The notes under the pieces: generated by a model
Seen by the model: only the letters and a program-made list of their open reading frames with translations
The model's database searches: none
What the model was told of the DNA's origin: nothing
Assembly: GCA_030390025.1 (NCBI GenBank)
Contig: CM059432.1
Span: forward strand, 68,450,001-68,514,000
Reading direction: 5' to 3'
DNA from: Squalus acanthias
Lineage: Eukaryota
DNA: 64,000 nucleotides
Part shown: positions 52,094 to 64,000 of the stretch, piece after piece
Position numbering within the stretch: the first letter of the stretch is position 1
How the letters are laid out: each line of letters opens with the position of its first letter
Made by a program: the position numbers and the translations under genes

Positions 52094-53642
52094 ACAAGCA
52101 CTGCACAAAGGTGCACGCCTGCACCCAGGCTCACACATGATTCCCTCCATATGCTTATGGAGGGAGTGACAGCATGCAGGGAGATTCTCTTCCCTTCCCA
52201 TGGGCGGGAGAGACCTCCCCAAGAGATCAACACAGTCTGGTTGCATATTGCGCAGGAGGACACAAGCAGGGATGTCGTCAGGCGTGCCTGGCTGCAGTGG
52301 CGCAAACCTTTCAATGACCTCAGTAGATCACGAAACGTTACTGAAATGCCACACTCAAACTCACCCTGCTGTGCCACTCATCGCATCCCCATCACTCTGC
52401 CTTCCCTACCATTCTCCTGCACATCCTTACTCTCACAAACTTACCTTGCACCTCCACCCATCCCTCTCTATCTACATTATCACTTCCCCATCTCACTAGC
52501 CACCCCTCACACTCACCCTCATCCTACTGCAAACATACCAACTAAGAACACACAAGGGTAGGCACTTGAGAGGTTTAGCCAATGTTCGTGTGACGTTTCT
52601 GGTAATGTGTTGTCACACAGTGAAATCTATATTTTCAACACTTCACCTTATTGGACAGATCTGTGCACAACTTGAGAAGTGTCTTACTGAGTTCCAGTGA
52701 ATGTTGAGACATAACTCCCCACCCCCCCCCGCACCCCTCCTCCCACTATAGTGATGAGTGTGAAAGGAATGGCTTGGACATTATAGAAATACTTTACGGT
52801 GCTGGTGTGGAATGGTGTCAACCTGCCGCATAATGTGGCAGCCAGGGTGTACAAGTGAAGTAAATCTGGCCATGGTGATGCCATCGCTGGCCTCCCAGGC
52901 AGCAATGTTGTCAGGTGCTGATGCCCTGTGTCCTGTGCAGCATCAGGTGATGGCGGGGAAGGTTGATGATGTTGGTGTGCCTGGTGATGCTGGTGTGCCT
53001 GGTGATGTTGGTGTGCCTGGTGATGTTGGTGTTGGGGCTGTTCGTGGAGGGATTCAGAGGACCAAGGTGTGATTTTTTTCAAGGGCACCAATGTTGCTGG
53101 AATAGATGGCAGCTGCAGTTGAGATGACAGAAACGATCTGTCAATGGTGAGAGAGGTTGTTCCAATGAGGTGCCACTGGATATGCAGTTGGCTCTAAACA
53201 CTTGCAAGCTAAAGAAATCACTATATGTCTTACAAATGCAGTAACCAACAGTTTCTGAGCTCTGAAACTGACCAGCTGCACCATGGTATCCTTTATACCA
53301 CTTCTGCAGCTGTCAGGATATCAGATAAATTAAAGCAGACTTAACTCACGCCAGGGTGAGCTGGCGTGTTCCCCGAGCAGTGGTTAACCCGTGGGGGAGC
53401 ACGTGAAATTACAAGGTAGGCTCAAAAAGCATTAAATTGGCTGTTAACAAGCCATTTAATGATATAAATTGTCTCCCCTGCTGCTTGGTGTCGGGTCTGT
53501 TCTGCACAGACAGACCTGACTCCTGGGAAGACTCGCGTGGAGGCGGGTTGACAGCGGGTTTCCTACCCACTGTCAATCATTGCTATTTTGACAGCGGACC
53601 CGCCTCCAAACCTGCCCTTTGAGCACCAGCAAAATCCAGCCC
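52094..53642 (-). mobile_element. Non-autonomous Harbinger derivative, copy 3 (inverted, one end lost)
   Basis: Reverse complement of copies 1 and 2; RRAWLQWRKPFNDL; 18-bp repeats at ~52970-53030; terminus AAAATCCAGCCC. Confidence 0.85.
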
Positions 53643-55136
53643 ATTGTTTGCCACATAAACTGATTGAGAAAGTGAGTGGTGTATCCACAGTCCATTATCT
53701 AACGTGCGTTAATGTTGTGACCCTAACATGTTAATTACCGGAGAACAAAAAAATAATGGCAAGAACATATGAAAGTACAGAAAAAGAAAAGATCATTTAG
53801 TCCATTAATCCTAGTCCTTCCTACAGACCATGTACAGATTGCACTGTTATAGACTCTACCCAATTTATTTAGCCTCAAAGGAGGTGACTAATCACTGGTA
53901 AAATATCCAGCAAGATAGACCCTGTGGAAAGTCTCCCTAACTCTGCAAGTAATCTATTAACAATACAGGATACCAATCTAACATTGCAATCTGCATTATT
54001 CCGCTTTGACCAATTCCAATCCACAGATGGCAATTCCATAGTTTCAGCAGCAGCAGGAACCATTCTGTTTGGTAGATTATTTTATTATCTATATGTCTAT
54101 ACTAATCCTTCTAACCTACAGTGCTCCTCTAATCAGATTCTCAAATAGTTCTATTTTGAGTAATATTTTAACAATCCAGTTTGCCGGGAACCTGTGTCTC
54201 CTACTGATTGCTGTATTCTGTAATGTTGTGCATCTGACAAAGTTAATCACATTAACCCAACTTGCCCTCGTACATTAGCACCTTAGGCATAGGATATCCT
54301 TCATTAGGAGCCATAGTCCGTAATTAATATTTTTAGAAAATACTTGATCCAAACAACATCTGTGAACCAACCTTTAGATATTGTTTTTGAGCCACTTACC
54401 TTTCATAATTGGAATAATGAACAATAATTAGACCTTAGGAGGAGAGGTCTCTAGAGAGGGAAATGGGTCTTTTTCTCTTCTGCCCATACATTAGGGAAAA
54501 TAAATAGAAACATGGATCTTAATTAACTATCATTGCAGCTCATGCCATGCATAAACCAGTTATTTGAATCTTTGTTGCTTTGTAGTTCAAGCAAATATTG
54601 ACAAAGTTTGACGTTAAAACCATTCCCCCAAAAAATGTTCAATACGAAAATCTCCTGATGAACAAATGTAAGATTTATGTGTTTGATGATATTTTACCCT
54701 TAATTCTACTCTTTGTTGTTGACCAATTTACAATGGGATTCCTCAATTTAGCCTAGAGAAAAATAAAACAATATCCACCTTATGTGTTTTTAAAGAAGGT
54801 TATAATGTAGTAAGGAATTCACTTTTTTAAGTTATTGATGAATGTCTGCAGTTTTGCCATTGCAATTTAAAGAGAAAAGGGATGTTTTACCTGTGAGTGA
54901 GGGAGGATTGAGAAATGTCATCATTTATGTCCTTGCAAAGAGAATGATATTTTGAGATTATCAAACCAGTTAGAAGAAATGAAAAAAGTTAAATACAAGA
55001 AATCCAAAGCAAATGGAATACAGATACAAATCAATATCCGGATGTAGTCAGAGCTCCTTCCTCGGGCTTTGCGTCAATGGGTGGATGTCGTTAAAACGTT
55101 TACAGGATGGTTTGTTTTTCTCGTCTTTCATAACAG

Positions 55137-55166
55137 GCTAAATACTTGCCTGGATACAAGCACACT
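55137..55166 (+). other. Candidate 30-nt microexon
   Basis: TTTGTTTTTCTCGTCTTTCATAACAG | 30 nt | GTAAGT; open in phase 0 (AKYLPGYKHT) and phase 1. Confidence 0.35.
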
Positions 55167-57301
55167 GTAAGTTTCTATGTCAACTATTTGAATAAATCTC
55201 ATTTTCAATATAAATAACCTAATATAGCGTGAACATGGGCAACTAGCACACTGCAGGCTTTTATTCTTGTTGTTGTGCTATGTGAGGCATGTTGCTATAA
55301 ACCAATATTAAATTATCATATTTACTAATTATTGTCTTTTCCCATCTGTTATTATTGCTGGTTTCCTGTGGCAGATTGCCGGAAATTCTCTTTTTAAAAT
55401 GTCGTTTGGCTTTATTTGTTCGATGTTTCATAGAGTGACCAGCCTCCCTTGGGTTAGGTCTTTATTTTGAGCTCACTACAATATTTGTCTTATCCAAATC
55501 AGCAGCTGCGGGGCAGCAAAATGGCAAACCAGACCCAAGTGTCTGATTTTCAGTGAGAAGAAATCACAGCTTGCAAATAGTCTCAGTACATGACTTGCTT
55601 TACTGGCCTGATTCGATCGCTGATGGAGCGGCAACTTGGTTCTATTTGTTCATCAGAGCCCGGGGAGATTGCACAACACAAACAGATAGAAGAACTATTT
55701 CCAAGGTGATATATAACTCAGAAAATCCTTCTTTTATCTTTTTAGATTTAATTTAAAAGGAAGCAAGATGTTTAACCTGTAAAGGACAAGGTGGACCTGT
55801 CTATTATGGTGGAATGTTTGGTAAGGTGGTAAGAACGTTAGCACCATACCCTTTTAACAAATGGTTGTGCATTCTCAGAATAGATTTAACTAGATATTTA
55901 AAACAGCCAGAGTGCGTTGGGAAAGCATCTTCCAAGTCTTTTCACATCTAAATGTCTACCAATGACAGTGCATCACAACAGTGACTGTCTTTCAAAAGTG
56001 GTCCACTGTAAAGTTCTTTGGGATGTCATGAAAACGTGAAACAACACTATGGGCCGGATAGTGCTCTCAGTGGTGAACAAACAGCGCCAGCCGTTCATTA
56101 CACTTACACTTGCCCACAGACTTTCTGGGCTGAATTTTAATGGGGATGGCGGGTTGTGAGCGGGGGTGGAGGGGCCTCCAAGAGCGGTTGGGAAACCCGG
56201 TAGAACGGGTTTCCTGCAGGCCCTGCCGAATTTAACAGAAGGGCCTGATTTGCATGGGAAGCCTTTGTATCCCACCTGCAGCCAGCCAGATTGAGAGGCT
56301 AATACGATAGCAAAATACTGCGGATGCTGGACTGGCTGGCTCCAGGTGGGTAGGCCTGCAGCACTAGGCCACACAGAGGAGGGAGGGAGAGATCGGGTGG
56401 GGGCCGGAGGTGGCTGGAGGAGCAGGGGTGGTCTGAAGAGATCGGGGGCCTGGGGAGGGGCAGCTGGAGGAGCAAGGGGGGTAATCGCAAGAAGATTGGG
56501 GGTGGTCGGAGGAGGAGGGCGAGGATTGCAAGAAGATTGGGCACCGGGGAGCGGCTGGAGGAGCACGGGGGTGGGGGATCCAAAATGGATCGTTAGCAAA
56601 GGCACAACTAATCAGTTACAGATGGACAGCTTCCTGTGGTTTGCTAAGCTGGTGAAGGAGAAGCTGTATGGACTGTGTTTATCTTTTTCCTGCCCAGAGG
56701 TATACTTGGAGTAGACTAAGGCTGTGGATGAGGTGCGGGTAGTTTGCCCCTTTAAGTTGATCGCTCTGATCTATGTCTTTCTGGCTGTGAGTTTGCTGAG
56801 TCCTGCCTGGGTCACTGCCCAGCGCTCCTCGCTCTCTCTTTGGGTTTACTGCAAATAAACCACGGCTAAATGGTACTGTGAGTCTGTTCTCCACACAGGT
56901 AAGGGTTAGCATATAAAAACATAAAAATGATCGTAGTAGGATTTTCTTTCCCCTAAGTCTAACGTTTGCCACAATTACTGCATATTTCCATATTACACTT
57001 CTTTTTTAAAGCTTTTTTGTAGACTGCAGGAAGATATCAATAGACTGGTGAGGTGGGCAGAAAGGTGGCAAATGGAATTCAATCCAGAGAAGTGTGAGGT
57101 AATGCATTTGGGGAGGGCTAACAAGGCAAGGGACTACACAATAAATGGTAGGATACTGAGAAGTGTAGAGGAACAGAGGGACCTTGGGATGCATGTTCAC
57201 TTATCACTGAAGGTAGCAGGACAGATAGATAAGGTGGTTAAGAAGACATGTGGGATACTTTCCTTTATTACCCGAGGCATTGATTGTAAGAGCAGGGAGG
57301 T

Positions 57302-58033
57302 CTGTGAAGCGATAAACAGAGTTAACGTTTCAGGTCGATGATCTTTCGTCAGAAGTGGAAAAGGTTAGAGATGTGAGCAGCGAATACAACTCACGATGTG
57401 GTCTCCTCTACATTGGGTGACCGCTTTGTGGAACACCTCCATTCAATCTGTAAGTGTGACCCCGAGCTTCCGGTCGCCTGTCACTTTAATTCTCCGCTCC
57501 ACTCCCATTCTAACCTCTCCATCCTCAGTCTCTTACACTGTTCTAACGAAGCTCAAAGTGAGCTCGAGGAACAGCACCTCATCTTTCGATTAGGCACTTT
57601 ACAGCTTTCTGGACTCAACATCGAGTTCAACAGTTTCAGACCATAACCTCAGCCCCTATTTTTTCACATGGCAGCTGTTGATTCTGCCATTCCCATTTAC
57701 ATCTCTTCTAGACTCATCTTTTGTTTCTTTACTTGTCCCATTACCATCTCCATTTGCTTTGTACTATCATACCTTTTGTCATTTAATCTCTCCTGCCTTC
57801 CACCCTATCATAGACCTTCCCTTTTGTTCTTTCCTCCCCTCCCCCTTTCCCTGCCCCTGCACTTGCTTAAAACCTGTTACATCTCTAACTTCTTCCAGTT
57901 CTGATGACAGGTCATCGACCTGAAACGTTAACTCTGTTTCTCTCTCCACAGATGCTGCCTGACCTGCTGAGTATTTCCAGCATTTTCTGTTTTTATTTCA
58001 TATTTCCAGCATCCGCAGTATTTTGCTTTTGTA
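57302..58033 (+). mobile_element. Penelope-like element 3' fragment (GIY-YIG remnant, inverted terminal repeat)
   Basis: CGLLYIG..GDRFVEHL..PVACHFN..LEEQHLIFRLGTLQ.SGLNIEF; 57302-57374 is inverted relative to ~57880-57951; 15-bp TSD TAAGAGCAGGGAGGT at 57287-57301 and 58034-58048. Confidence 0.9.
57897..57933 (+). ncRNA. Minimal type I hammerhead ribozyme motif
   Basis: AGTT-CTGATGA-C-AGGTC-ATC-GACCT-GAA-ACGT-T-AACT: both core boxes, 5-bp stem II, palindromic ACGT stem III, 4-bp stem I. Confidence 0.7.
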
Positions 58034-59395
58034 TAAGAGCAGGGAGGTTATGCTTGAACTGTGTAAAACACTAGTTAGGCCACAGCTAGAGTACTGCGTA
58101 CAGTTCAGGTCACCACATTTCAGGAAAGATGTGATTGCACTGGAGAGGGTGCAAAGGAGATTTACGAGGATGTTGCCAGGACTGGAGAATTTTAGCTATG
58201 AGGAAAGATTGGATTGGCTGGGATTGTTTTCTTTGGAACAGAGGAGGCTGAGGGGAGACTTAATTGAGGTGTATAAAATTATGAGGGGCCTAGATAGAGT
58301 GAATAGGAAGGACTTATTTCCCTTAGCAGTGAGATCATTAACCAGGGGGCATAGATTTAAAGAAATTGGTGGAAGGATTAGAGGGGAGTTGAGGAGAACT
58401 TCTTTCAACCAGAGGGTGGTGGGGGTCTGGAACTCACTGCCTGAAAGGGTGGTAGAGGCAGAAACCCTCATCACATTTAAAAAGTACTTGGATATGTACT
58501 TGAAGTGTAGTAACCTACAAGGCTACGGACCAAGAGCTGGAAAGTGGGATTAGGCTGGATAGCTCTTTTTCGGCAGGCACAGACACGATGGGCCGAATGG
58601 CCTCCTTCTGTGCTGTAAATTTCTATGATTCTCTGATCGGGGACAGCCAGAAAAGCAGGGGGGCAGGGTGTATTACAGATCGCAGGCCGGGAGGAACACG
58701 GGGAGTGGGGGAGGCCTCGTGATGGGGATCGGAAGCTTGGGGGGAGGATCAGAGGTCTGGGGGTGGGGGATTGGTGGCCTGGGGAGGGGATCAGAGGCCT
58801 CATGATAAGGCTCGGAGGACTCTTGGGGATCTCCGATCGTGGGGGGTGGATTAGGCAGAGACGCTGGATTCAGGAGGTAAGTGTAAAGGTACTTACCTCC
58901 TGGTTCCAGCAGTCCTCACCTTCCGTTAATGGTCGGGTTTCTTGAGGCGAGCAAAATCCGACCAGCTAAAGTTAAATACAAAATGGAGGTTAAAGCAGAG
59001 GCTTCTAACCTCATTATAATATTTAAATAGACAACCCGCCTCCTGGCAGAGGATTGGCTGCCCAGCCACTGTCCCGCCTTGGTTAAAACTGGAAGTGGGC
59101 GAGTTGGAGGTGGATTCAGGTCGGGATTCAGATTTTTAACACTTTAACTACCCACATGCCCCCAACCCACCCATTTTTTTCGGTTAAAATTCCCCCCTCT
59201 GTGGGATTTTGCTCTGCAATTTACTGTGATGAGAGAGCAATTTCAGCGCAGCACCCTCTACAGGGATCTAGGATTTTTGTGAACAGAGAAAGTAACTGTA
59301 TGACTCCTTAACCAATCAGATTTAAGAATTGTTAACGAGCAGCATAGAATCTGAACCAGGAAGTGCCAGTTAGAATATTTAATTCAGTATCAAGT

Positions 59396-60645
59396 TATTT
59401 ATTTATTTTTAGTTCACCAGATGTGGGTGTCACTGGCAAGGCCAGCATTTATTGCCCATACCTAGTTGCCCTCGAGAAGGTGGTGGTGAGACGTCTTCTT
59501 GAACCGCTGCAGTCCGTGTGGTGAAGGTATTCCCACGGTGCTGTTAGGTAGGAAGTTCCAGGATTTTGACCCAGCGACGATGAAGGAACGGCGATATATT
59601 TCCAAGTCAGGATGGTGTGTAACTTGATGGGGAACTTGGAGGTGATGGTGTTCCCATGCGCTTGCTGCTCTTGTCCTTCTAGGTGGTAGAGGACCCGGAT
59701 TTGGGAGGTGCTGTTGAAGAAGCCTTGGTGAGTTGCTGCCGTGCATCTTATAGATGGTACACATTGCAGACGCAGTGTGCCTGTGGTGGAGGGAGTGAAT
59801 GTTTAAGGTGGTGGATGGGGTGCCAATCAAGCAGGCTGCTTTGTCCTGGATGGTGTAGAGCTTCTTGAGTGTTGTTGGAGCTGCACTCTTTCAGGCAAGT
59901 GGAGAGTATTCCATCACACTCCTGACTTGTCCTTGTACATGGTGGAAAGGCTTTGATGACTCAGTAGGTGAGTCACTCGCTGCAGAATACCTAGCCTCTG
60001 ACCTGCTCTTGTAGCACAGTATTTATATGGCTGGTCCAGATAGTTCTGGTCAATGGTGACCCCCAGGATGTTGATGGTGGGGGATTTGTCAATGGTGCCG
60101 TTGAATGTCAAGGGGAGGTGGTTAGACTCTCTCTTGTTGGAGATGGTCATTGCCTGGCACTTGAGTTGCGCGAATGTTACTTGCCACTTATCAGCCCAAG
60201 CCTGAATGTTGTCCAGGTCTTGCTGTATGCAGGCATGGACTGCTTTGTTATCTGAGGAGTTGCGAATGGAACTGAACTCTGTGCAATCATCAGCGAACAT
60301 CCCCACTTCTGACCTTATGATGAAGGGAAGATTATTGATGAAGCAGCTGAAGATGGTTGGGCCTAGGACACTGCCCTAAGGAATTCCTGCAGTGATGTCC
60401 TAGGGCTGAGATGATTGACATCCAACAACCACAACCATCTTCCTTTGTGCTGGGTATGACTCCAGCCAGTGGGGAGTTTTCTCCTCATTCCCATTGACTT
60501 CAGTTTTACTAGGGCTCCTTGATGCCTTGATCAAATGTTGCCTTGATGTCAAGGGCAATCACTCTCACCTCGCTTCTGGACTTCAGCTCTTTGGTTCATA
60601 TTTGGACCAAAGCTGAAATGTGGTTTGGAGCTGCCTGGTCCTGAC
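59396..60645 (-). mobile_element. Second CR1-group LINE family, RT to 3' end
   Basis: MFADDC..QQDLDNIQAWADKWQ; homologous to 34600-35830. Confidence 0.92.
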
Positions 60646-61451
60646 AGAATCTCTGCACAGAAAGCAAAATAAAGAGAGGGAAAAAAAGATGAGATTAAGA
60701 GAGAGAGATGAAAGAGACAGAAAGAAAAAGTTAAAAAGTATATTTTTTTATATCTCCAACAATAATTAAAATCTGAAAGAATGAGACACCACATTTCTAA
60801 AAGTTAATTTTCAGTGCCAGAGATGTTGCTTGGCAGTAAGTAAAACTTATCACACTGTGAAAATTTTACTAATTACCTAACTTTTTCTGTCGGGTTTAGT
60901 GGGTATCTACGACATAAGTACTGCAGCTTCACCCCATTCCTTGTATTTTGCATTGCTAGTCAGTCACATTGGACTCCCAAAGAGGGTGCCAAATGCTGCC
61001 TTGGTACACGCATCTTGTGATAACCTTCACTCTGAAGACAGTTATAATACGTATAACACACAGCTTTCCTTAAATCACATTGGCAATGGAAAAGCATTTC
61101 AATTTCCATATCTTCTAACGAATCTACAAAGTATCACTCAATAGAAGTATCAATCACTTATTTTGGTTTGAGCATACAACCTATTTTGATGTATGTCACT
61201 TCTAAATAGAAAAAAATCCTTGACTCTGAAATCATGCTGTAATACTAGTGTGTGATTGCGGTTATCTGAAATTCCACTCACCTCCATTTTACTAAAGGGA
61301 TTTCAAATAAATAAATAGGTTTGAATAAACTAGCAGAGAGAGGAGCTTCAGATCAGCTCATTAGTAACCTACAGCAAAATGTAAAGGGCCACATATTTAA
61401 ATGGGTTTGCAATCTGTGTCTCTCATTTTTCATTATATTTCTCACACGTAC

Positions 61452-62963
61452 GGCCAGCGCTCAGAGGGCGGGTTTGGAGGTGGGTCAGAGGTTAAAGTCG
61501 TTTTGATTGACGGTGGTTCCGCACCCGCCGTCATCCCGCCTCCACATAACCTTCCAAGTGTCGGGTCCACGATTTGCGAATGGACCCGACACCTAGCGGC
61601 GGGAAATGGATTAAAGGCAATTAACTGCCTATTAACAGGTACTTGTGAGCAGTTTTACGACATCCAGGACAACACGCCAGGTAAGTGTGGCGTGTTGTGA
61701 GTCTGGACTGATGTTTGTGAAAAGATGACAGCTGCAGAAGTGGTGTCAAGGATGCCATGTTGCATATGGTGAGTTTCAGAGCAAAGAAAATGTTGGTTAC
61801 TGCATTTTTAATACATATACAGATTTCTTTAGCTTACAAGTTTTTTAATCCAACTGTATGTCCAGTGCCACCTCATTGGGAGAACCTCTCTCACCAGTGA
61901 CAGATCGCTTCTGTCATCTCACCTGCAGCTGCCAACTATTCCAGCAACATCAGAGCCAATGAAACAATCAGACCGTGGTCCTCCGAATCCTTCCACAATC
62001 ATCCCCAACACCAACATCACCAACCTCATCACCAACCTTCGCCACCATCACCTGATGCTGCACTGACACAGGGCATCAGCCCCTGACAAAATTGCTGGCC
62101 GGGAGGCCAGTGATGTCATCACCATGGCCAGACTTTCTTCACATGATGTTGTAAACCCTGGCTGCCACATGATGCGCCAGGTTGCCACCATCCCATACCA
62201 GCACAGTGAAGCATCCCTTTGATGTCCAAGCCATTCCATGCACACACATTACTATAGAGGGGTGGGAGGGTGGGGGGCGGAGTTATGACTGAACAATCAC
62301 TGGAACTCAGTAAGACACTTCTCAATGTGCGCTCAGATCTGTCCAATAAGGGGCACTTTTTGAAAAAGAGATTTCATTGTATGACAACACATTACCAGAA
62401 ACTTCACATGGACATTGGCTAAACCTCTCAAGTGCCCACCCTTGTGTGTTGTTAGTTGGTATGCTTGTAGTAGAATGAGGGTGAGTGTGAGGGGTGGCTA
62501 GTGAGATGGAGAAGTGATAAAGTAGATAGAGCGGGTTGGGCGAAGATTCAAGGTAAGCTGGGGAGGTCTCTTCCGCCCTTGGAAGGGAAGAGAACTTCCC
62601 TGCGTACTGTGACTCCCTCCATAAGCATATGGAGGGAGTCATTGGAGAGCCTGAGTGCAAGAGTTCACCTTTGTACAGTGATCGTCACTGTTTTCAGCAC
62701 CTCAATACTGTCAAACACTGAAAAACCAACTGTCAAAATAAAATTGTGCATGGTCCCTTTAAGGAAACCAGCAGATGACGCATCATCAAATGACGTCATC
62801 AGACCCGCTTCCTGTTAATTGGCCGGTAAGCCCGCAGGGTGGGCTTAACAAGGCCAATCAAGGGAAAATCACATCTGCAAAGTGGAGGCAGCTGGGGGCG
62901 GGACTGGAACCCGGAAACCAGCTGACCCGCCCCCATCCCGACACCGTTGAGAAAATCGTGGCC
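61452..62963 (+). mobile_element. Non-autonomous Harbinger derivative, copy 4 (internal deletion; left end approximate)
   Basis: Collinear with copies 1-3; right terminus GAAAATCGTGGCC. Confidence 0.8.
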
Positions 62964-63657
62964 GCCTTTCCTAGATGTTGACCACTCTGCCTCCATTCTG
63001 ACTCTGAGCTAGGTTGTGGGTTATAAAAAGGGAAAATAAATTCCTCTGTGCAATATATGTATCCCACAGACAAAAGGATGTAACCAGTTTTTCACTGAAG
63101 TATTAAATCAGAGAGTCCTTTTGGACTGTAGACACAAGTTTACTGAGTTCAATGACACAAACTTGCATATTATGTATTATAAGTGTCCCTTGCTATAACT
63201 GGCCACAGAGTGGCAGGTGCTGTCACTAGATGCACGTGGAAAATTCTTTTCGTTCCCAGGTACTTTCATCCCTCAGTTAAAACCTTTTAAAGCAAATGGA
63301 GAGACAACCTTCAGCTCCCATCTGTGTGGGTTGGATTTAAGCCCAGTACTAAGAGGCAGGAAAGGGCAGTGTTAGTAACAAAGATGTACCACCCATTGCT
63401 CCTTCTATCATTCTTATTTGGCACTGCTGTTAGATAGGAATCGTAAAGCAAAAGCGATTTATGCCAAAACATTAAATACTGTTTGAAAACACACTTATTT
63501 TAAATTAAAATTATGCCGTTTAGTTGCACAATGCAGGAGCCATGGTTTCAAATTTTGCAGTTGAAACTTAAATGGTGAAGAATTCCTCTTCCATCATTGT
63601 TAAGGTACTCAAAGGAATGGTGAATCTGTTTTAATGAGTGAAATCTTTGTAACTCAC

Positions 63658-63720
63658 CTGTGACGTCTTTCTCGCACTCTGAGTAAGATCAGCATTCCAT
63701 GGATCCCTATTGTGCATCTT
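63658..63720 (-). other. Candidate 63-nt exon
   Basis: T-rich acceptor ..TTATTCTATATAG and strong donor CAG|GTGAGT; open in phase 0 (KMHNRDPWNADLTQSARKTSQ). Confidence 0.3.
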
Positions 63721-63740
63721 CTATATAGAATAATATAAAT

Positions 63741-64000
63741 AAAAGGCAAAAAACAGAAAGTGCTGGAAATCTGAAACAAGACAGAAAATGCTGGAAATAC
63801 TCAGTAGGTGAGTATGCATCTGTGGAGAGAACAGAACAAGTTATACCAGCCTCCACATTCAACGGATCATCCTCCGCCACCTCCAACGTGATCCCACCAC
63901 CAAACACATCTTCCCCTCACCTCCCCTTTCAGCATTCCAAAGGGACCACTCCCTCCGCGACACCCTGGTCCACTCCTCTATCACCCCCAACACCCCTTCC
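63741..64000 (+). mobile_element. Penelope-like element (inverted terminal piece plus coding remnant), runs off the window
   Basis: 63741-63843 matches the terminal repeat in reverse; then TSLHIQRIILRH..LQRDPTTKHIFPSPPLSAFQRDHSLRDTLVHS. Confidence 0.85.

Larger units (their letters stand above)
57015..58632 (+). mobile_element. CR1 3' portion split by a Penelope element
   Basis: WQMEFNPEKCEVMHLG, RPQLEYCVQF, RRLRGDLIEVYK; TTCTATGATTCT tail. Confidence 0.92.
56127..59197. mobile_element. MITE-like element B with a G-rich core, split by CR1
   Basis: TIRs GGGCTGAATTTTAA / TTAAAATTCCCCCC; TCT duplicated at 56124-56126 and 59198-59200. Confidence 0.65.
56051..60930. mobile_element. MITE family A copy fragmented by multiple nested insertions
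   Basis: Three pieces align in order with 51114-51650. Confidence 0.7.

Noticed and set aside
54400..54450. Strong minus-strand donor AAG|GTAAGT
   Set aside because: The 51-nt candidate exon has stops in all three frames and there is no other support.

Overview
Eukaryotic, vertebrate-type genomic DNA, most likely from a cartilaginous fish (inferred from an HE1/V-SINE-like SINE, Deu-domain SINEs and CR1 LINEs with (TTCTTATG)n tails). The window is dominated by nested transposable elements: CR1 LINEs, a second CR1-group LINE family, L2, Penelope-like elements, decayed PIF/Harbinger transposase and Myb/SANT genes, four copies of a non-autonomous Harbinger derivative, and several MITE-like elements. 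I found no intact host protein-coding gene; most listed ORFs are TE fragments or noise. The main host feature is a TE-poor CpG island (~15.8-20.3 kb) with splice donors on both strands, suggesting a bidirectional or multi-start promoter of a gene I cannot name, plus a few candidate small exons. I cannot support a wholly new biological system. The best leads are a MITE family whose hairpins show compensatory changes, minimal hammerhead ribozyme motifs in Penelope ends, a CR1-in-CR1 long inverted repeat, and TE-borne regulatory or splice motifs. Family names come from motif recognition by eye, not from database searches, and many TE boundaries are approximate.
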